This document shows positions 32,714 to 44,500 of a DNA stretch of 64,000 nucleotides, piece by piece. The translations under genes and the position numbers were made by a program. Positions within the stretch are counted from its first letter, which is position 1. Each line of letters opens with the position of its first letter. The DNA is from an uncultured Pseudomonadota bacterium (lineage in GTDB: Bacteria; Oederibacteriota; Muellerivitia; Muellerivitales; Muellerivitaceae): NCBI GenBank assembly GCA_963770835.1, contig CAVYRH010000026.1, positions 320,001 through 384,000 on the forward strand, written 5' to 3'. Under the pieces are notes generated by a model, which did not search any database, was not told the origin of the DNA, and was given only the letters and a program-made list of their open reading frames with translations.

Positions 32714-32986
32714 ATGAAAAACTCAAATACCACCCTCCAAGACATTGCCAGGATGGCGGAAGTCTCGAAGACCACGGTCTCGATGGTCATCAACGGCTCC
32801 CGCAAAGTCCACCCCAAGACTTCCGCAAAAATCTGGAGCATCATCCAAGCTTTCGGGTACCAACCCAGCGAGCGTGTCCGCAAACTGGCCCAAAAGCGGT
32901 GGGAAATTTCGGCCCCGGGGTTCCTTCCAGGCGGTTCATCTTCTCCCGAAAGCCGGCGGCCCAGGGAATCCCAGGTTCGTGAATAA
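32714..32986 (+). CDS. Small LacI-type HTH-only protein
   Basis: TLQDIARMAEVSKTTVSMVING...GYQPSERVRKLA; no ligand-binding domain. Confidence 0.8.
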   Translation: MKNSNTTLQDIARMAEVSKTTVSMVINGSRKVHPKTSAKIWSIIQAFGYQPSERVRKLAQKRWEISAPGFLPGGSSSPESRRPRESQVRE

Positions 32987-33050
32987 CGCCCTTCGGCGGT
33001 TTAGGGTTTCCATCCGAATTCTTCCCCCCGGCAGCGAATTCCTTTTCACT

Positions 33051-33123
33051 GGTTGAACGAACAATTTTCTTCCACCGCCCATTTTCTTATCGGATGAAAT
33101 ATCTAGTAATCCACATGACGTTT
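33051..33123 (+). promoter_or_regulatory. Putative AraC-type multi-site motif
   Basis: GGTTGAACGAACAATTTTC, TGAAATA (33095), TGACGTTT (33116). Confidence 0.6.
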
Positions 33124-33315
33124 TAGAGACATCGTCATTTTTCCCCGAAGGGATTTGACCTTCAAGTAGAAGTAATATTCCTAGGAGTGGAGAAAGACCG
33201 GCGGTGGGTTGTTGGCCAAATCCCCCGGGACTTTCCGAAGCCGTTATTTTTTTTGATTCGCTTTTTGAAGAAAGCGCTTTTTCGCCGTTCCGCGAAATTC
33301 CATTGGGTGAACTCA

Positions 33316-35712
33316 ATGCCTAAACAGAAAAGGCAACTTTCCTTACCTGGTTTTAGCACTCGGAAAACCCGGCTGTCTCTTTTCTGCTTTCTTCTTGTTA
33401 GTGTGAGTGCTTCGGCAGGCTGGGCCACCGACATGACCTATTGCGTGAATGTCAATTATTCGGCTGTTCCGACCCAGTGCAACTACGAGAAAATCACGCT
33501 GATCGTCAACGTGGGCGCCTGCGCTTCGGTGGCTGTCACGGCCGACGGGGCCGCGGTTTCCGCCACCTATAGTTCCTCGGCCGGAACAGCCACCTTCACC
33601 ACCACGGGCAGTAACATCGTGGTGACCGCCCAGAATTGGACCTCGGGGGGGACGGGAGCGGCCACCAAGGCCACCCTCTACAACAACTTCCATTGGGCCT
33701 ATTCCCTCACCTTTGACGACAACCGGTTAACCCAATACGACTACGGCAAGCCCCTATTGGATGCATTGGGCTGGAGGGCGGGGGAAGCGGTTGTGGGTTC
33801 CTGGGCCAATGAGGGAGGGGCATCCGGGAGCGGCAGTTATTTCATGAACTGGACTTGCTTGCAAAACTTAAGGGCGGCGGGATGGGATATGTACGACCAT
33901 TCCTACGACCACCCCAATCCCCTCACCTGCAACGGCACGGCCACCGATATCGACCCCGAGTTGGCCAATAACCAGCCGCTTTTGCTGGAATATTTTCCCG
34001 GCTACCACGTCTCCCAAATGGTTTTTCCCTATGAGAATTCCACGGCCAATACTTGCGCGGGATATCCAACTTCCTACCTGATTTCCGCGGAGTGCGGGGG
34101 AGGTTCCTACAACTACGTGGACACGGCCCTTCCTTTCCAGTTCCAGCGGGGGGGGCTTTTCGGAACGGATGATACGGCCTGGAAATCGCTGGCCGATTCC
34201 TCGGCCGCCCAAACTCGGCCCACATGGCTCGTCCAGTATACCCATAGCGTCTCGCAGGGCAGCGGGGCTACCGCCGACCAGTACAGCACCAACCAGACGA
34301 CCCTTAATGATTTGTTGACCTACCTGAATAACACCTACGGCGCCAAGGGCAACAACAGCATGTGGTTCGCGCCCGCCGGGGAAGTGCGGGATTATATTTT
34401 CACCCGGGACAACGCGGTGGTGACCACCTGTTCCGCGGCGCCCACACCCACCTTTTCCCCGACCGGCACACCCACCCTGACACCTACCCATACGCCGGTG
34501 CCGCCCACCGCTACCCCGACATCCACCTCAACGGCCTCATCCTCACCCACCAAGACCGCCACTTCCACGGCCACCCATACGCTGGTCAATACCCCCACCG
34601 CGACTTCATCCTCCACCGCAAGCCGCACAGCCACCACCACTCCCACCGCGACCGGAACGGCCACCATGACATTCACGGCTACGCCGTCAAGTACTTCTAC
34701 AGGCACGGCCTCCAAGACTCCAACGGCCACGATGACCAGCACTCCCACGAATGCGGCTTCTTCCACCCCGTCTGGAACCCCGACCAATACCCTGGTCAAT
34801 ACCGGAACCCCAACCAATACAGCCACCAGCACGGCCACGAAAACAGCGACTTCCACCGCCACCAATAGCCTGACGACAACTCCGTCCAGTACAGCGACGG
34901 GTACATCCACTAATAGCCCGACTTTTACGCCGCCGGATACCGCGACCAGGACTTCAACGGCCACGGCTACCGGTACAGCCACCAACACCGTCTCTTTAAC
35001 GCCAACCGCTACCGCCACCGATACGCCGACGTTGACGCCGACCAACACGGCTACGTCGACGCTGATCAATTCCGCGACCCCTACCAACACGCCCACGAAG
35101 ACATCCACCTTTACCGCTACCGGGACAGCCACCCCAACGTCCACCCGCACCACGACGGCGACTCCCACGAATACATTGACGGCTACGTTATCGAGTACTC
35201 CTACGGCTAGCGCCACCTTTACGCCCACGATGACGGCTACCTTTACGGCGTCCCATACGCCGACTGCGTCCCCTACGAACACGCCGACGTTGACGCCGAC
35301 AAACACGGCTACGTCGACGTTGGTCAATACGAGAACTCCATCCCTTACCCCCACGTTCACACCCAGCTTTACTCACACCCCCACCGTGACAGCCTCTTCC
35401 ACCAAGACTTTCACGGTAACGCCCACTCCTTTCGGAAATTCAGGAGTCGTGATTTATCCCAACCCCGTCACCGGACCGACGGTCAATATTCTCCCTCCCG
35501 CCTATTCGGGAACAGAGGACGTGCGGGTGGAAATCTTCACAGCGTCCTTCCGGAAGGTGCAGGACGAGACCTTTCCCAATGTTCCAAAGGGAACGGCCAT
35601 TACCGTGGAATTGAAGGATAGGTGGGGAAGATCCCTGGCGGACGGGCTCTATTATGTAGTTGTCACCGTCGAGGGCCGTCATTCCATCGGGAAGCTGCTC
35701 CTGTTGCGGTAA
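33316..35712 (+). CDS. Secreted polysaccharide deacetylase-like (NodB/CE4) protein with Ser/Thr linker and class-B CTD
   Basis: [29 protein letters not shown]-terminal YPNP...KLLLLR. Start codon uncertain. Confidence 0.78.
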   Translation: MPKQKRQLSLPGFSTRKTRLSLFCFLLVSVSASAGWATDMTYCVNVNYSAVPTQCNYEKITLIVNVGACASVAVTADGAAVSATYSSSAGTATFTTTGSNIVVTAQNWTSGGTGAATKATLYNNFHWAYSLTFDDNRLTQYDYGKPLLDALGWRAGEAVVGSWANEGGASGSGSYFMNWTCLQNLRAAGWDMYDHSYDHPNPLTCNGTATDIDPELANNQPLLLEYFPGYHVSQMVFPYENSTANTCAGYPTSYLISAECGGGSYNYVDTALPFQFQRGGLFGTDDTAWKSLADSSAAQTRPTWLVQYTHSVSQGSGATADQYSTNQTTLNDLLTYLNNTYGAKGNNSMWFAPAGEVRDYIFTRDNAVVTTCSAAPTPTFSPTGTPTLTPTHTPVPPTATPTSTSTASSSPTKTATSTATHTLVNTPTATSSSTASRTATTTPTATGTATMTFTATPSSTSTGTASKTPTATMTSTPTNAASSTPSGTPTNTLVNTGTPTNTATSTATKTATSTATNSLTTTPSSTATGTSTNSPTFTPPDTATRTSTATATGTATNTVSLTPTATATDTPTLTPTNTATSTLINSATPTNTPTKTSTFTATGTATPTSTRTTTATPTNTLTATLSSTPTASATFTPTMTATFTASHTPTASPTNTPTLTPTNTATSTLVNTRTPSLTPTFTPSFTHTPTVTASSTKTFTVTPTPFGNSGVVIYPNPVTGPTVNILPPAYSGTEDVRVEIFTASFRKVQDETFPNVPKGTAITVELKDRWGRSLADGLYYVVVTVEGRHSIGKLLLLR

Positions 35713-35768
35713 CCTCGCGGCCCGTCATCGTTTTGAACGGACCGACTCCTTTCCTGTAAGATGGATCC

Positions 35769-37583
35769 ATGCCACCAGCGATCCCCCGGCCCTTTTCTCA
35801 ATTCATCAACTACAACCCTTTTCACAACATCATCCATTACTACGTCGACCTGAGCGTTTTCCTCATCACTTCCGGGACCGATATCGTCTCCCCGAAAGTC
35901 TGGTGGGCCCTGAACCGGCGCAAACGCATCACGAGTCTTTATTCCCTGGAGGTGCAATACGGTGGGGCGCGTGTCCGGGACCGTTTCGTCGGGCAGACCT
36001 TCCGAAAAGTCCAACAAACCAAAAAAACCGTTTGTGCCGAACGGCTCGGCTTCAACGATTTTTTCGTACCGGTGCTTTCGAAAGGAAAGCTCCTGGGCTA
36101 TCTGCAGGCGGGAGCCTTTGCCGACAAGGAAATTAGCCTTGAAATGCTGGTCCAGTGCTGGAAGGAGATGAGCGGCCGGGAGTTTTCCCCCGACTTGCCG
36201 GAGTTCCGGGCTTTCGCCCGGGCCTTCCTGGAAATACCCGTTTTGGACGGCCCCCTTTTCCCCGCGTTGCAGGAAACTCTGGAACTTTTCGCGCGCCTTG
36301 TATCAGGCGAAGGGGATACGGGGGCCATCGGGGAACGGCTCCGTCAACTCCAAAACGAGGTTTTTTCCAAGCACTTGCCCCACAGCTATTGGCTGGACTG
36401 GGCGCTGGGTCGGCCCACCTCCGAGTCGGTTCCGGCCTGGAGCCGGGCAATGGAACAATGGGGTTGGACGAAAAGCGAAATCGGGCTCACGCGGGTCCCC
36501 ACGACCGTCCTAACCGTGATTCCCCAGCGGGCCGGCCGGCCCGCCCTCAATTGGGCCGAGGAAACCATGAGGGTCTACCGGTTCCAGCGCGCGAGTTTCC
36601 TTTTCGCCCGAACCCTCCCCGAAACGGTGGGAGGGAAGCTGGACGATTACGGCGCGGCATTCGTCACTTCCGCCGATCCGAACCTACCCAAGCTGTCCCA
36701 ACGGAAGTGGATCGAGGGAATCGCCAAAAAAATCCGGGACTTCGCCGTGCACGAATTGGAAGGCCCCGTCGTCGTCGGGGTCGGGGAGACGGTAGCGCCG
36801 GGGGAGTTCTTGAACACTTCCTACCGCCAGGCGGTGCTGGCCCTGCATTTGTGGAGGGGATCGGAAAAGGACACCGTTTTTTTTGAGGGCGGAAGAAAAG
36901 GGGTGGCTCCCGAGGGGTTCAGCGGATTGAGGCCCCTTTTGGACGAATTGAACGAGGCTTTCGCCAACGCTTCCTTTTCCGCGCTGGAGTCCCTTAAGGA
37001 AAGGTTTTTAAAGCAGGCCATCCAACTGTCGTTCCAGAACCCGCACGAGATCCGCTGGCATTTCCAGTACGCCCTGGACCGGATCGCAGAAACGGTGGGG
37101 ATCCGAACGGACTTGGGCCTGAAGGAAGCCCGCCAGCTGCGGGAGGATATCGCCCGGGGTTTGGAGGAGGCGGTCACCTTCCAAGAGATTGTCCTGGCCT
37201 ACCAGGACGCCCTATCCCGACTGGCGAAGGAGATCGAGAGGCCCTTTTCGGCCCAAAGGGACCAATCCCTTGAGAGGGTCCGGGAGTACATCGACCGGCA
37301 TTTTAAACAGTCCCTACGGATTAAGGACCTGGCGAGGATGGCGGGGGTTTCGGTCTCCACCTTCAGCCGGAGGTTCAAAGGCATGATGGGCCTGGGCTTG
37401 GAGGCTTACCTGCAGAAGCGGAGGCTGGACGAAGCCAAGCGGCTTCTCAAGGCCACGCGGCTTCCGGTGTTCCGCATCGCGAAGGATTGCGGCTTCAAGT
37501 CCAACCCCTATTTCATCCAATTGTTCCGGAAAAAGAACGGCTCTCCGCCCCAGGCTTTCCGGAGGAATACCTACCAAGGCTGA
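35769..37583 (+). CDS. Large AraC-family regulator, paralog of 13797-15599
   Basis: Shares KxxPHSY..DWALG, SEIGL.RVPTTV, GGKL..YGA.FVTSADP; C-terminal AraC HTH. Confidence 0.88.
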   Translation: MPPAIPRPFSQFINYNPFHNIIHYYVDLSVFLITSGTDIVSPKVWWALNRRKRITSLYSLEVQYGGARVRDRFVGQTFRKVQQTKKTVCAERLGFNDFFVPVLSKGKLLGYLQAGAFADKEISLEMLVQCWKEMSGREFSPDLPEFRAFARAFLEIPVLDGPLFPALQETLELFARLVSGEGDTGAIGERLRQLQNEVFSKHLPHSYWLDWALGRPTSESVPAWSRAMEQWGWTKSEIGLTRVPTTVLTVIPQRAGRPALNWAEETMRVYRFQRASFLFARTLPETVGGKLDDYGAAFVTSADPNLPKLSQRKWIEGIAKKIRDFAVHELEGPVVVGVGETVAPGEFLNTSYRQAVLALHLWRGSEKDTVFFEGGRKGVAPEGFSGLRPLLDELNEAFANASFSALESLKERFLKQAIQLSFQNPHEIRWHFQYALDRIAETVGIRTDLGLKEARQLREDIARGLEEAVTFQEIVLAYQDALSRLAKEIERPFSAQRDQSLERVREYIDRHFKQSLRIKDLARMAGVSVSTFSRRFKGMMGLGLEAYLQKRRLDEAKRLLKATRLPVFRIAKDCGFKSNPYFIQLFRKKNGSPPQAFRRNTYQG

Positions 37584-37693
37584 TCTTCCAACGGTTTCTT
37601 CCATGCGGCTCCAAGGATGGGTTTTGAGGCGCGGAAATTTTTATTATCCGAATTCTTTTTCCTGCGGCTAATCAAGGCGAAAAACCCCAGTCC

Positions 37694-37766
37694 GGTTGAA
37701 CGGGAAATTTTCCCAAGACGGGATTGTTTTTTAAAAATGGAATAAAAAATAATATTTGTGACGTTT
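37694..37766 (+). promoter_or_regulatory. Putative AraC-type multi-site motif
   Basis: GGTTGAACGGGAAATTTTC, TGGAATA (37738), TGACGTTT (37759). Confidence 0.65.
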
Positions 37767-37885
37767 AAACGATGCCATCGAACATCCCCAAGAGAGCGGA
37801 GGGCCTAAAAGGTTGTACTATCACCTTGCGATAAGTACGGGTTTTTTGACGGGACTTCTTGACGGAAGACCCTAAGGGGATTGAC

Positions 37886-40800
37886 ATGGACAAAAAAATC
37901 GTTTTTAAGCTTTTTGCTTTGGGGCTACTTGTAAGCGCTTCCAATGCCTGGGCGCAAAGTACCGTCACCGTCAATCCCGCCACTACCTACCAAACCATCT
38001 CCGGTTTCGGCGCATCCAGCCAATGGGACAACTCATTCTCCTCCTCGCTCGCCAACACTTTTTGGGCGGACGATTCGAGCAAGCCCCCCGCCAGCCAGGT
38101 CAACGGCAATGTGGGGCTCTCTATTCTCCGTCTCGGAATTGACGACTCCGGCAACGCCAACTGGGGCACGCAAGCCGCGTTCGCGACCCAAGCGCTGGGG
38201 ATCAATTCGCAGGTCAAGGTCTTCGGCTCCGAATGGAGCCCGCCCGCCAAGTGGAAAAACAACAACAGCGTGGACGGCAACAACACCGGCAACGACAACG
38301 GCAATCCGGGCTCCAGCACCAACCAGCTCAACACCGCGGACTACGCCAATTATGCCGCCTACCAAACGAGCTTCGTCACGGCTTGCAAGAATACCTATGG
38401 CTTCAACCTTACCGCCCTTTCCGTGCAAAACGAACCCGACTACGACCCCAGCTACGATGCCTGCCTTTGGTCCCCCTCGGCTTTCGACACCTACATAAAA
38501 AGTTACTTGGGACCGGACCTCAAGGCGGCGGGTTTCGGCATGTCGATCATCATGATGCCGGAATCCTTCGCGGACAACTTGAGCCTGTCCGCTACCACCA
38601 TGGGAGACTCGGCCGCGGCTTCCTTTGTGGGTTTCATCGGCATGCACCTGTACGGCGGCGGCCCCAACACGGTGCCCACCAGCTACTCCACCACGGCGGG
38701 CCACGCCGTCGAGAGCTGGGAAACCGAAATCTCGGAAAAGACCAGCGACAACAACATCGACAGCGGGATCTACTACGCCAACCTGCTGCACAACTGTATC
38801 GTGGACCATAACTTCAATGCCTTTTGCTACTGGTGGCTGGTCAACGTCAACTCCGACGACGAGGGGCTCTGCACGAGTGCCGGTACGCCCACTCCGCGCC
38901 TCTACTGCATCGGGAATTTCAGCAAGTTCATCCGGCCGGGCTTCGTGCGCATTGGCTGCACCGAGGCGCCCTCCTCGGGGGTTTCGGTCTCGGCTTATTA
39001 CGGCTCGTCCACGAATAAGGTCGTGGTCGTGGCCATCAACAGCAACACCTCCTCGGTGAGCATTCCTGTCAGCTTTACCGGTCTCAGCGTCTCGACGGTC
39101 AATCCATGGCTCACAAACTCCAGCAACAACCTGGTGCAGCAGACGGCGGTGAACGTCAGTAACGGGAGCTTTACCTATAGCCTGCCAGGCCAGAGCGTGG
39201 TGAGCTTTGTCGCCACGACGGCCGGCACCTCGGCCACCAACACCCCAACGCCGGTGCCGGCCACACCCACGCATACAAATACGCCCGTGCCGCCGACGGC
39301 CACTTTCACTTTCACGGCTACCCACACCAATACACCGGTCCCGCCGACGGCCACCTTTACTTTCACGGCCACCCACACGAATACTCTTGTTCCGCCGACA
39401 GCGACGGCTACTTCGACACCGTCTTCAACAAACACCTCCACCCGTACCAACACGTCGACGAGTACGGCCACAAACACAGCTTCGTTGACGCCGGTGCCCC
39501 CGACGGCCACCTTCACTTTTACATCCACCAAGACGAGCACTCCCGTGCCGCCCACGGCTACATTTACCTTTACGGCGGTTCCACCCACTCCCACCAATAC
39601 GGCCCTGCCGCCGACCTTGACGTTTACCCCGGTTCCGCCCACGGCGACTTCTACTTTCACCGCCGTGCCGCCGACGGCCACTAACACTTCCTTGCCGCCG
39701 ACACTTACCTCTACCCCGGTTCCGCCCACAGCCACCTTTACGGCCATGCCGCCTACGGCGACGAATACACCGGTGCCACCGACAGCCACGAACACCCCGG
39801 CGCCTCCTACAGGCACTAATACCGTTGTGCCGCCGACGGCCACTAGCACTTCGTTGCCGCCGACCCTCACCTTTACTCCGGTGCCTCCCACGGCTACTTT
39901 TACCTTTACGGCGGTTCCACCCACAGCTACCCATACGCCGGTGCCACCTACAGCCACCCTTACAGCCGTTCCGCCAACGGCCACCAATACGCTTATGCCG
40001 CCCACTTCCACGCCAACCCCGATGCCCCCTACCGCGACCTTCACCCGCACTCCGATTCCGCCCACGGCCACCTTCACCTTCACGGCCGTGCCGCCCACTG
40101 CTACCTTAACCCCGGTTCCCCCAACGGCCACTGAAACGCCCACCGCCGTCATCGCCAGTTCCGGCTTCGAGGTGCAATTGTTGAGCGCAGTGACCAGCGC
40201 CACCACTAACAGCCCCCATCCCCAGATCCAGATAGTGAACACGGGGACCGGACCCTTGAACCTGAACAACGTCACCGTGAAATACTGGTTCAACTGCGAC
40301 TGCACCACCCAAAGCTTGCAGGCCTGGGTGGACTGGGCGGGGTTGATACCGCAGGGGACCAGCGAGACCGGAAATGTACATGTTTCCGTCCTACCCACCA
40401 GCCTGGGCGGCCAAACGGATTACGTGCTCTACAACTTCACGGGCAACATCGTGCTGCAGCCTGGCCAGAAGATCCAGGTCCAGAGCCGGTTCAACAAGAG
40501 CGACTGGAGCAATATGAACCAGTCGAACGATTGGAGCTTTGAGCCCTATACGAGCTTCACGAACGCGCTACAAGTGACGGGATATCTGGGCGGTAGCCTT
40601 GTATGGGGAGAGGAGCCGGTGGCAAAACCGGCGGTCCTGACGGTGACCAGCGCGATCGCCTTCCCGAACCCCTCCACGGGCAACGGAACGACCTTTTCCT
40701 TTACGCTCAACGGCAATACCAAGGGCATTAAAGCGTCATTGGACTCCAATAATCCCTTGTTGCTGGATCCCAACGCGAAAATCACACTCAGTATTTACAC

Positions 40801-40996
40801 ACTGGCGATGCGGCTTATCTGGACGCAAACACTGACGGGCGGAGCTTATGGGACAACCGGGCAGCATGATCTTTATTGGAACGAGCGCGATTTGAGGGGA
40901 ACGGGTTTAGCCAATGGAGTCTATCTCTTGCGGGTGACCGTGGAGTCAAACGGCCAGACCAGTTCTACCCTCGCTAAAATCCTGATACTGGGATGA
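37886..40996 (+). CDS. GH30 glycoside hydrolase with Pro/Thr linker, CBM3-like domain and class-A CTD
   Basis: Close paralog of 15897 without the malectin domain; SVQNEPD, WETE. Confidence 0.9.
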   Translation: MDKKIVFKLFALGLLVSASNAWAQSTVTVNPATTYQTISGFGASSQWDNSFSSSLANTFWADDSSKPPASQVNGNVGLSILRLGIDDSGNANWGTQAAFATQALGINSQVKVFGSEWSPPAKWKNNNSVDGNNTGNDNGNPGSSTNQLNTADYANYAAYQTSFVTACKNTYGFNLTALSVQNEPDYDPSYDACLWSPSAFDTYIKSYLGPDLKAAGFGMSIIMMPESFADNLSLSATTMGDSAAASFVGFIGMHLYGGGPNTVPTSYSTTAGHAVESWETEISEKTSDNNIDSGIYYANLLHNCIVDHNFNAFCYWWLVNVNSDDEGLCTSAGTPTPRLYCIGNFSKFIRPGFVRIGCTEAPSSGVSVSAYYGSSTNKVVVVAINSNTSSVSIPVSFTGLSVSTVNPWLTNSSNNLVQQTAVNVSNGSFTYSLPGQSVVSFVATTAGTSATNTPTPVPATPTHTNTPVPPTATFTFTATHTNTPVPPTATFTFTATHTNTLVPPTATATSTPSSTNTSTRTNTSTSTATNTASLTPVPPTATFTFTSTKTSTPVPPTATFTFTAVPPTPTNTALPPTLTFTPVPPTATSTFTAVPPTATNTSLPPTLTSTPVPPTATFTAMPPTATNTPVPPTATNTPAPPTGTNTVVPPTATSTSLPPTLTFTPVPPTATFTFTAVPPTATHTPVPPTATLTAVPPTATNTLMPPTSTPTPMPPTATFTRTPIPPTATFTFTAVPPTATLTPVPPTATETPTAVIASSGFEVQLLSAVTSATTNSPHPQIQIVNTGTGPLNLNNVTVKYWFNCDCTTQSLQAWVDWAGLIPQGTSETGNVHVSVLPTSLGGQTDYVLYNFTGNIVLQPGQKIQVQSRFNKSDWSNMNQSNDWSFEPYTSFTNALQVTGYLGGSLVWGEEPVAKPAVLTVTSAIAFPNPSTGNGTTFSFTLNGNTKGIKASLDSNNPLLLDPNAKITLSIYTLAMRLIWTQTLTGGAYGTTGQHDLYWNERDLRGTGLANGVYLLRVTVESNGQTSSTLAKILILG

Positions 40997-41020
40997 TGGC
41001 TGCGCGGAGAGGAACCAACG

Positions 41021-41275
41021 TTGAATAACAATTCCAGTACAACTATTCGGGACATCGCCCGGCAGGCGGGTGTTTCCAAGGCGACGGTTTCCCTCGTTAT
41101 GAACGGTTCCCCTAAAGTCAGCGCCAAGACTTGTGCGAAAGTTAGGGCCATTATTCAAAGCCTTCACTACCAACCTAATGAGGAAGCCCGTAAACTGGCA
41201 CAACGCCGGTGGACTACTTCGCTTCCTGCGGCCATGAAGTTCATTCCTGCCCAGCCAATTCTTCCAATCGTTTAG
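41021..41275 (+). CDS. Small LacI-type HTH-only protein
   Basis: TIRDIARQAGVSKATVSLVMNG...LHYQPNEEARKLAQRRW. Confidence 0.8.
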   Translation: MNNNSSTTIRDIARQAGVSKATVSLVMNGSPKVSAKTCAKVRAIIQSLHYQPNEEARKLAQRRWTTSLPAAMKFIPAQPILPIV

Positions 41276-41366
41276 AAGGCCATCGATAAGTCCCGCGAAG
41301 CGGTTTTATCCCGAAATTTTGGGATGAAATGAATTTTTTTGCGTCAAAATCTAAAAGGTGTCTATT

Positions 41367-41438
41367 GGTTGAACGGGAAATTTTCAGTAGAAAAGGGTTT
41401 TTGGCGGGATGGAATATAAAGGAATAAAATTGACGTTT
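41367..41438 (+). promoter_or_regulatory. Putative AraC-type multi-site motif
   Basis: GGTTGAACGGGAAATTTTC (identical to 37694), TGGAATA (41410), TGACGTTT (41431). Confidence 0.65.
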
Positions 41439-41565
41439 AAAAGATATTTGACCGGATTTTTCAGGGACCGAATGGGGATGGAAGCGGTACACTTGACCCG
41501 TAAGACGAGAAAATCCCATTATCCAGGCTAAGTGGACGGCTTGACGGCTGACGCGAGGAAATGAC

Positions 41566-44500
41566 GTGCGACAGAAAATCGTTTTTAAATTTTTGGTTTT
41601 GGGATTGGTTGCAAGCGCTTCCCCGGTTTTTGCCCAAACAGTGACGGTCAATGCCGGCGTGACTTATCAAACCATCTCCGGTTTCGGGGCGGCCAGCGCG
41701 TTAAACGCCTATCAGGTTTTCAACGATATCGGCACGATTGAGAACACCCTCTGGGCGGACGATTCGAGCCAACCTCCCGCATCCCAAGTCAACGGCGATG
41801 TCGGGCTCTCCATCCTGCGCATGGCCATCGACTATACCAGCGAACCCACCGGCAACTGGGATACGGGTAAAGAAGTGTCGGTGGCGGTTGATGCGCTGAA
41901 GGTCAACCCCAACCTGAGGATCTTCGCCAGCGAGTGGAGCCCGCCGGCCGCTTGGAAGAACAACAACAACGGCAACGGCAACAATACGGGCAACGACAAC
42001 TTCAATCCGGGCACCAACACCAACCAGCTCAACCACGCCGACTGGGCTAATTACGCCACCTACCAGACAAGTTTTGTCACGGCCATGAAGAACACCTACG
42101 GATTCACCCCTTACGCCATCTCCGTCCAAAACGAACCGGACTACGATACCAACTACGGTTCCTGCCTTTGGGCGCCTTCGGATTTCGACACCTACATCAG
42201 CACCTACCTGGGCCCGGACCTCAAGACCGCCGGTTTCAACCCGATCATCATGATGCCGGAGTCCTTCGCGGACAACCTTACGGGGTCCGCTACCGCCATG
42301 GCGGATTCGGCCGCAGCGACCTTCGTGAAAGTCATCGGCATGCACCTCTACGGCGGCGGCCCCAACACGGTCCCGGCCTCCTACTCCACCACGGCAGGCC
42401 ATACGGTTGAAGCCTGGGAAACCGAAATTTCCGATTTCGCGGCCAATGATTCCAGCATGACCAGCGGGTTGAAATACGCCAACCAGATCCACAGCTGCAT
42501 CGTGGATCATAATTTCAACGCTTATAACTATTGGTGGATCCTGAACATCAATACCGATAACGAAGGGCTCTACGGAGCCAGCAACTCAACCACTCCCACC
42601 ATGCGGCTCTTTTGCCTGGGAAATTTCAGCAAGTTTATCCGCCCGGGTTTCGTGCGCATTTCCTGCACTGAAGCGCCCTCGGCAGGGGTTTCAGTCTCGG
42701 CCTACTACGGCTCGTCCACCAATAAGGTCGTAGTCGTGGCTATTAACAACAACACCTCGACGTTCAACCTGCCCGTTAGCTTTACTGGACTCAATGTCTC
42801 CACGGTCTATCCCTGGGTCACAGACTCGAGCAATAACTTAGTCCAGCAGACGGCGGTGACAGCCACCGGAGGAAGCTTTACCTATACATTACCATCTCAA
42901 AGCGTGGTCAGTTTCGTCGCCGCAGTGTCCAGCGGTTCAACGCCCACTCCAACCTCGACCCCGACCGCAACCCGGACCAACACCCCCGCCAACACCCCAA
43001 CCTCCACAGCCACCTTAACCCGCACCAATACAGCCACTAACAGTCCCACCAAAACCACCACCCCCAGCCCGACGGGCACAGCGACTTCGAGCCCCACCTC
43101 CTCGGCAACCAGTACGGCCACTTCTACCCCCACCAACACAGTTGCCAACACTCCTACCGCCACGGCTTCTTCCACCGCGAGCCGCACGGCCACCGCCAGC
43201 CCCACCGCCACCTTCACCAACACGCCCACTGGGACGGCCACGATGACATCCACGGCATCAGCCACGAACACCCCAAGCAAGACTTCAACGACTACGGCAA
43301 CCGGTACGCCCACCAACACGACTTCCTTGACCCCGACGGCTACCGCCACCAATACGCTGACGTTGACGCCGACAAACACGGCTACGTCGACGTTGATCAA
43401 TTCGGCGACGCCTACCAACACGACCACGAATACGGGCACTTCGACAGCCACTGGATCCGCGACCACCACCGCCACGAAAACAGCGACTTCTACAGCTGCC
43501 AGCACCTTGACGTTGACCCCCTCTAGTACGCCATCGAGCACCCCGACCAAGACCCCAACGGCTACGGCAACCGGTTCAGCCACTAACACGGCTTCTTCCA
43601 CTCCGACTACTACTGCCACCAATACACCGACGTTGACGCCGACAAACACGACTACGTCGACATTGATTAATTCCGCGACGCCTACCTATACGCCCGCGGA
43701 TACGGCTACCTCGACAGCCACCGGGTCCGCCACCAATACTGCCACCAAAACAGCGACCGTTACCGCAACCAATACCTTGATCAATTCCCCAACGCCTTCT
43801 GACACGCCCACGAATACGGCCACATCAACCGCTACTGGAACACCTACTAATACCCTGACGCAAGCATCGACCACTACGCCCACCAATACCGCGACTTCGA
43901 CCCTCACTGCCACCGCGACCAATACCCTGATCAATTCTGCAACGCCTACAAAAACAGCCACTCAGACACCCACCCGCACAACAACGGTAACTCCCACCAA
44001 TAGCCCCACCTCTACGCCCACATCGACTCCTACCGACACATTGATCGACACCGCTACCTCCACTTCGAGTCGGACCGCTACTTCCACTGCCACCTTTACA
44101 ACGACCAACACCTCCACCTGCACGGTGACTTCAACCACAACCGCTACACCCACAGTTACGTCTTCCTCGACTCCAACTGAAGTAACGGTGGCGGCATCCC
44201 AAGGTTCCAATCCACCTGGTAATTCGAACCAGGCGTCCGGGGCAATTAATGTTCCTGTTCAACAGGTCCAATTAGCGAATCCCAGCACTACCGTCATCAA
44301 TATGACGAGTTTGACCTTGTCGGTATCGGGGGCAGGGGACCCCTCGGACATCACGAGTTTGACGTTGTTGGCCAATGGGTTGCCTATTGCCACCACGACC
44401 GTCTCGGGGACGACGGCGACCTTATCGTTCAGCGGAAACATCTCGGCTTCTTCGAGCGTGACTTACAGGGTGGTAGTTAACTTTGGGACGAATGCGAGCG

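Noticed and set aside
3731..44441. Many long Val/Ala/Gly-rich minus-strand ORFs and Arg/His-rich alternative-frame ORFs
   Set aside because: They are shadows of the Thr/Pro linkers and of GC-rich codon usage in the real plus-strand genes.
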